A DNA stretch of 64,000 nucleotides from Thermoplasmata archaeon (GTDB lineage: Archaea; Thermoplasmatota; DTKX01; VGTL01): NCBI GenBank assembly GCA_038851035.1, contig JAWCLH010000006.1, forward strand, positions 25,769 through 89,768, read 5' to 3'. Made by a program: the position numbers and the translations under genes. Positions 61,592 through 64,000 of the stretch are shown here, piece by piece. The number at the start of each line of letters is the position of its first letter. Positions within the stretch are counted from its first letter, which is position 1. Under the pieces are notes generated by a model that made no database searches, was not told the origin of the DNA, and saw nothing but the letters and a program-made list of their open reading frames with translations.

Positions 61592-62398
61592 TCAGGCATC
61601 CCCTCCTCCCACCACCCGCTGTCTGCGCCAGTCGATGATTATAACGACGAGCCCCGTCACAAGCACTGCAGCTAAAACAACCGCGAGCGGTGCCGGGCCG
61701 CGCTCCGTTTCGACATCGTAGTCCATCAGAACATACCTTGGGTTGTTAAAAGTCAGGTTGACCCTGAGCTCGAGGGAGTAGGCGGAGCCGTCGAAGGCGC
61801 GCGCTGCCAAGACGTGCCTTCCGTTCCTGTACTTCGAGGTGTCGAGCGGGAAAGCCCAAGCCTCGCCCTGTAGCGAGGCAGGGAACCAGGGGCCAGAGTC
61901 AATGGAAACCTCGACTGTGGCGACCGGCGGCGCGTCCGGTGCGCTCCACGCCACGCCTCTAACATAAAAGGTTCGGTTGAGGATTTGGCCCTCACGGGGC
62001 GCGGATATGCGGAGCTCGGGGAGGGGGTGGTTGGCGGCGAGGACTACATGGAGTATGAATTCCTGAACGACTGAGTAGGTGCCGTCCGAGACCAGGAGCC
62101 GCACTGTGTGTTCTCCGGTCTGGTTCAGGGAGGGTCTCCACCGCACAGTGCCGGTCAGGAAGTCAATGACCATGCCCTCTGGGAAGTCGGCAAGCGAGTA
62201 GCTGAGGAAATCGCCGTCTGGGTCGGAGGCGTGGACCTGATAGATATACTCGAATGTGGCGAATGCCTCGGAGTGTGGAACCGATGATATGGAGGGCGGT
62301 AGGTTGGCGGATGCGAGCGGCTGGGTCAATAATACACCCAGATAGAGGGCGGCGGTCAGCAAGGCCACTCGCGCCCGCGTCCGGCTCACATCCCTCAT
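61592..62398 (-). CDS. Secreted surface protein: one He_PIG/cadherin-like module, one Ig-like module, and a C-terminal anchor
   Basis: It has a signal peptide (RARVALLTAALYLGVLLTQPLASA). The He_PIG-like module is NLPPSISSVPHSEAFATFEYIYQVHASDPDGDFLSY. The Ig-like module is FYVRGVAWSAPDAPPVATVEVSIDSGPWFPASLQGEAWAFPLDTSKYRNGRHVLAARAFDGSAYS. The TM is LAVVLAAVLVTGLVVIII. Confidence 0.8.
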   Translation of the reverse strand: MRDVSRTRARVALLTAALYLGVLLTQPLASANLPPSISSVPHSEAFATFEYIYQVHASDPDGDFLSYSLADFPEGMVIDFLTGTVRWRPSLNQTGEHTVRLLVSDGTYSVVQEFILHVVLAANHPLPELRISAPREGQILNRTFYVRGVAWSAPDAPPVATVEVSIDSGPWFPASLQGEAWAFPLDTSKYRNGRHVLAARAFDGSAYSLELRVNLTFNNPRYVLMDYDVETERGPAPLAVVLAAVLVTGLVVIIIDWRRQRVVGGGDA

Positions 62399-62561
62399 TC
62401 GTGCAGAAGTACGCTTCTCGGGATATTAATAATTGGTCATGTAGTGGTGAGTGAGTGGAGGTCGCAGAGGGTGTGCGCCTCTGGTATCCCATCGCTCGGC
62501 ACCAATCGCAATGTATATATGCGGTGACCATGTTAGAGCGTGCCCGCCAGAGGGACTTGGT

Positions 62562-63080
62562 ATGGTCCGCAAGCCGGGTAGGATGTACAGGGAGATCAAG
62601 AGCCAGGCTTACTGCCAGAAGAGGTACATGGGCGGCGTTCCCGCGCCGCGGATCACCCAATTCGACCTCGGCGCGCCGGCGCGGGACTTTGAGCTCACCC
62701 TGAGCCTTGTCGCGAAGGAGAGGTGCCAAATAAGGCACATCGCTCTCGAGGCCGCGCGAGTTGCGGTCAACAAAGTCCTGCAGAAGAGCGCGGGCAACGA
62801 GGGCTATCACCTGAAAATAAGAGTCTACCCCCATGTCGTCATCCGAGAGAACAAACAGGCGACTGGGGCGGGGGCAGACCGCGTTTCACAGGGTATGAGG
62901 GCATCTTTCGGGAAGGCCGTCGGCACTGTCGCGCGGGTCGAGGAGGGGCAGAAGCTCATCACAGTGAGGGTCAACAGAGAGCACTTCCTCTCTGCGAAGG
63001 AGGCCCTCAGGTCTGGAGCGGTCAAGCTCCCCACGCCGACCAGGATTATAATAGAGAAGGGAGCGGAACTCGTAGCCTGA
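62562..63080 (+). CDS. rpl10e: 50S ribosomal protein L10e (uL16)
   Basis: I prefer the internal ATG at 62562 (MVRKPGRMYREIKSQAYCQKRYMGGVPAPRITQFDLG...). It has the typical L10e N-terminus and length (172 aa). Confidence 0.93.
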   Translation: MVRKPGRMYREIKSQAYCQKRYMGGVPAPRITQFDLGAPARDFELTLSLVAKERCQIRHIALEAARVAVNKVLQKSAGNEGYHLKIRVYPHVVIRENKQATGAGADRVSQGMRASFGKAVGTVARVEEGQKLITVRVNREHFLSAKEALRSGAVKLPTPTRIIIEKGAELVA

Positions 63081-63273
63081 GACTGGCCTGAGGTCCTTCT
63101 TCATCAATCGCACCCGATTTCCTGACCCTGAACCTCCGCGACTTCCTATCCATTACCTCAGCCCAACACCAGGCTTCCCATACCCCCCTTCCGGCCATTC
63201 CCCACCACGGTTCATCAGCAGCGGCCTTCTACTGTACTCCTTTTCCTCCAACATCGCCACTGCCGCGGCCGCC

Positions 63274-64000
63274 TCACTCCTCCCTCTCGCTCTCTTGGAG
63301 CCTCCTCAGCTCGGCCTGGGCCTTCTCTATGTTCTTCTTTGCACCAATGGCCTCAAATGTGTGGAGTGCTCTGGTGATCAGCCTCCGGGCCTCCCGCTTG
63401 TCCCCCTGCATGGCGCAGGTGATGCCGAATTCTAATAGGTGCTCGCCGAGGGTAAAGGGCAGGTTCAGCTCTTCGATGACCCTGGTGCTCTCCAAGAAGC
63501 ACTTGCGTGCCATTTCCCACTCCTCCGCGTTGCGGAATATCAAGCCCCGTCTCATCATTATCGAGGCTATCATTACCTTCTCGTCGAGCTTCTCAAAAAT
63601 CGCAATCGAGCTGTCGAGGTGGTCCATAGCGGTCTCCAAGTCCCCGGCGCGTGCGAAGCACTCCCCCAGACTGGCAAGGGTGTAGCCGACCTGTCTGATG
63701 TTGCCGCTCTTCTTCGCAGCCTCCACGCTCTTCTGGAAGAGCTCGAGAGCGGCGTCGTAGTGGCCGGCCCTCATTTCGGTCAGTCCCAAGTCGTTGTAGG
63801 CCCGCGCCATCTCGAGAGGGTCTCCGATCTCAAGCGCGAGCGCGAGGCCCTTTTCATAGCACTCCCTCGCCTTGAGAGCCTCGCCCATGTTCGTGTAGAT
63901 GTTCCCAAGAAGGCTCATCGCCATCGCCCTGAGGTACTTCTCTCCGCCATCGCCCAGAATCGAGAGGCAGCGCTCCCCTTCCTCGAGCGCCTTCTGATAT
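63274..64000 (-). CDS. TPR-repeat protein (the 5' end lies outside the window)
   Basis: It has consecutive 34-aa TPR-like units (e.g. AMSLLGNIYTNMGEALKARECYEKGLALALEIGD, ARAYNDLGLTEMRAGHYDAALELFQKSVEAAKKSGN). The frame stays open upstream of the track ATG (63924) to the window end. Confidence 0.8.
   Translation of the reverse strand, partial: YQKALEEGERCLSILGDGGEKYLRAMAMSLLGNIYTNMGEALKARECYEKGLALALEIGDPLEMARAYNDLGLTEMRAGHYDAALELFQKSVEAAKKSGNIRQVGYTLASLGECFARAGDLETAMDHLDSSIAIFEKLDEKVMIASIMMRRGLIFRNAEEWEMARKCFLESTRVIEELNLPFTLGEHLLEFGITCAMQGDKREARRLITRALHTFEAIGAKKNIEKAQAELRRLQESEREE

Noticed and set aside
63081-63273. C/D-box sRNA-like motifs on the minus strand of the L10e/TPR convergent gap (CUGAUGA, then CUGA 49 nt later, plus a second UGAUGA).
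   Set aside because: There is no convincing internal D'/C' pair, no terminal stem, and the first box is preceded by C rather than a purine. This is likely chance in a 193-nt region. It could still be checked with a snoRNA scanner.
1-64000. A search for CRISPR arrays, IS elements, integrases, toxin-antitoxin pairs and restriction-modification genes.
   Set aside because: No regularly spaced direct repeats, terminal inverted repeats or transposase, integrase or methyltransferase-like ORFs were seen. The window looks like core chromosome plus cell-surface gene islands.

Overview
This is a GC-rich, very gene-dense archaeal chromosomal segment with about 50 protein-coding genes and very little non-coding DNA. 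The archaeal assignment rests on MCM, aIF5A, Pelota, TFS, ribosomal protein L10e, archaeosine tRNA-guanine transglycosylase, an NMD3 homologue, a FlaK-type A24 prepilin peptidase, and AT-rich TATA-like boxes about 25-45 nt upstream of many starts. Some genes also carry GGAGG Shine-Dalgarno-like sites. FtsZ points to a euryarchaeal-type, possibly Thermoplasmatota-like, uncultivated lineage, but this is a low-confidence inference. Housekeeping blocks include cysS; tkt; pelota-aIF5A-agmatinase-pyrH; pyrI-pyrB; a MetE-like gene; a PAC2 chaperone followed by MCM-DUF424-NMD3; a dCMP deaminase; NcsA/TtuA; TFS; arcTGT; ftsZ; and L10e. Roughly one third of the window encodes ten large secreted, C-terminally anchored multidomain surface proteins (beta-propeller, CARDB, PKD, He_PIG/cadherin-like, Ig-like, BNR, P-domain). 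By eye I found no rRNA, tRNA, CRISPR array, transposase, integrase or recognisable defence gene. The most unusual item is an orphan FlaJ/TadC-like membrane platform gene (12794..14662). It is paired with an internally duplicated, tail-anchored coiled-coil protein (11044..12735) where the usual secretion ATPase would sit. The matching A24 peptidase and two KaiC-like ATPases lie about 30 kb away. Other points worth checking: recurrent proline/tyrosine-rich cytoplasmic tails ending in zinc ribbons; a 35-aa zinc-knuckle micro-ORF; a 21-bp-stem hairpin in a convergent intergenic gap; lineage-specific insertions in MCM and other conserved proteins; a radical-SAM/AbfD-like divergent pair sharing one TATA element; and strong GAATTC over-representation. 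All functional calls come from motif recognition by eye. No database search was run.
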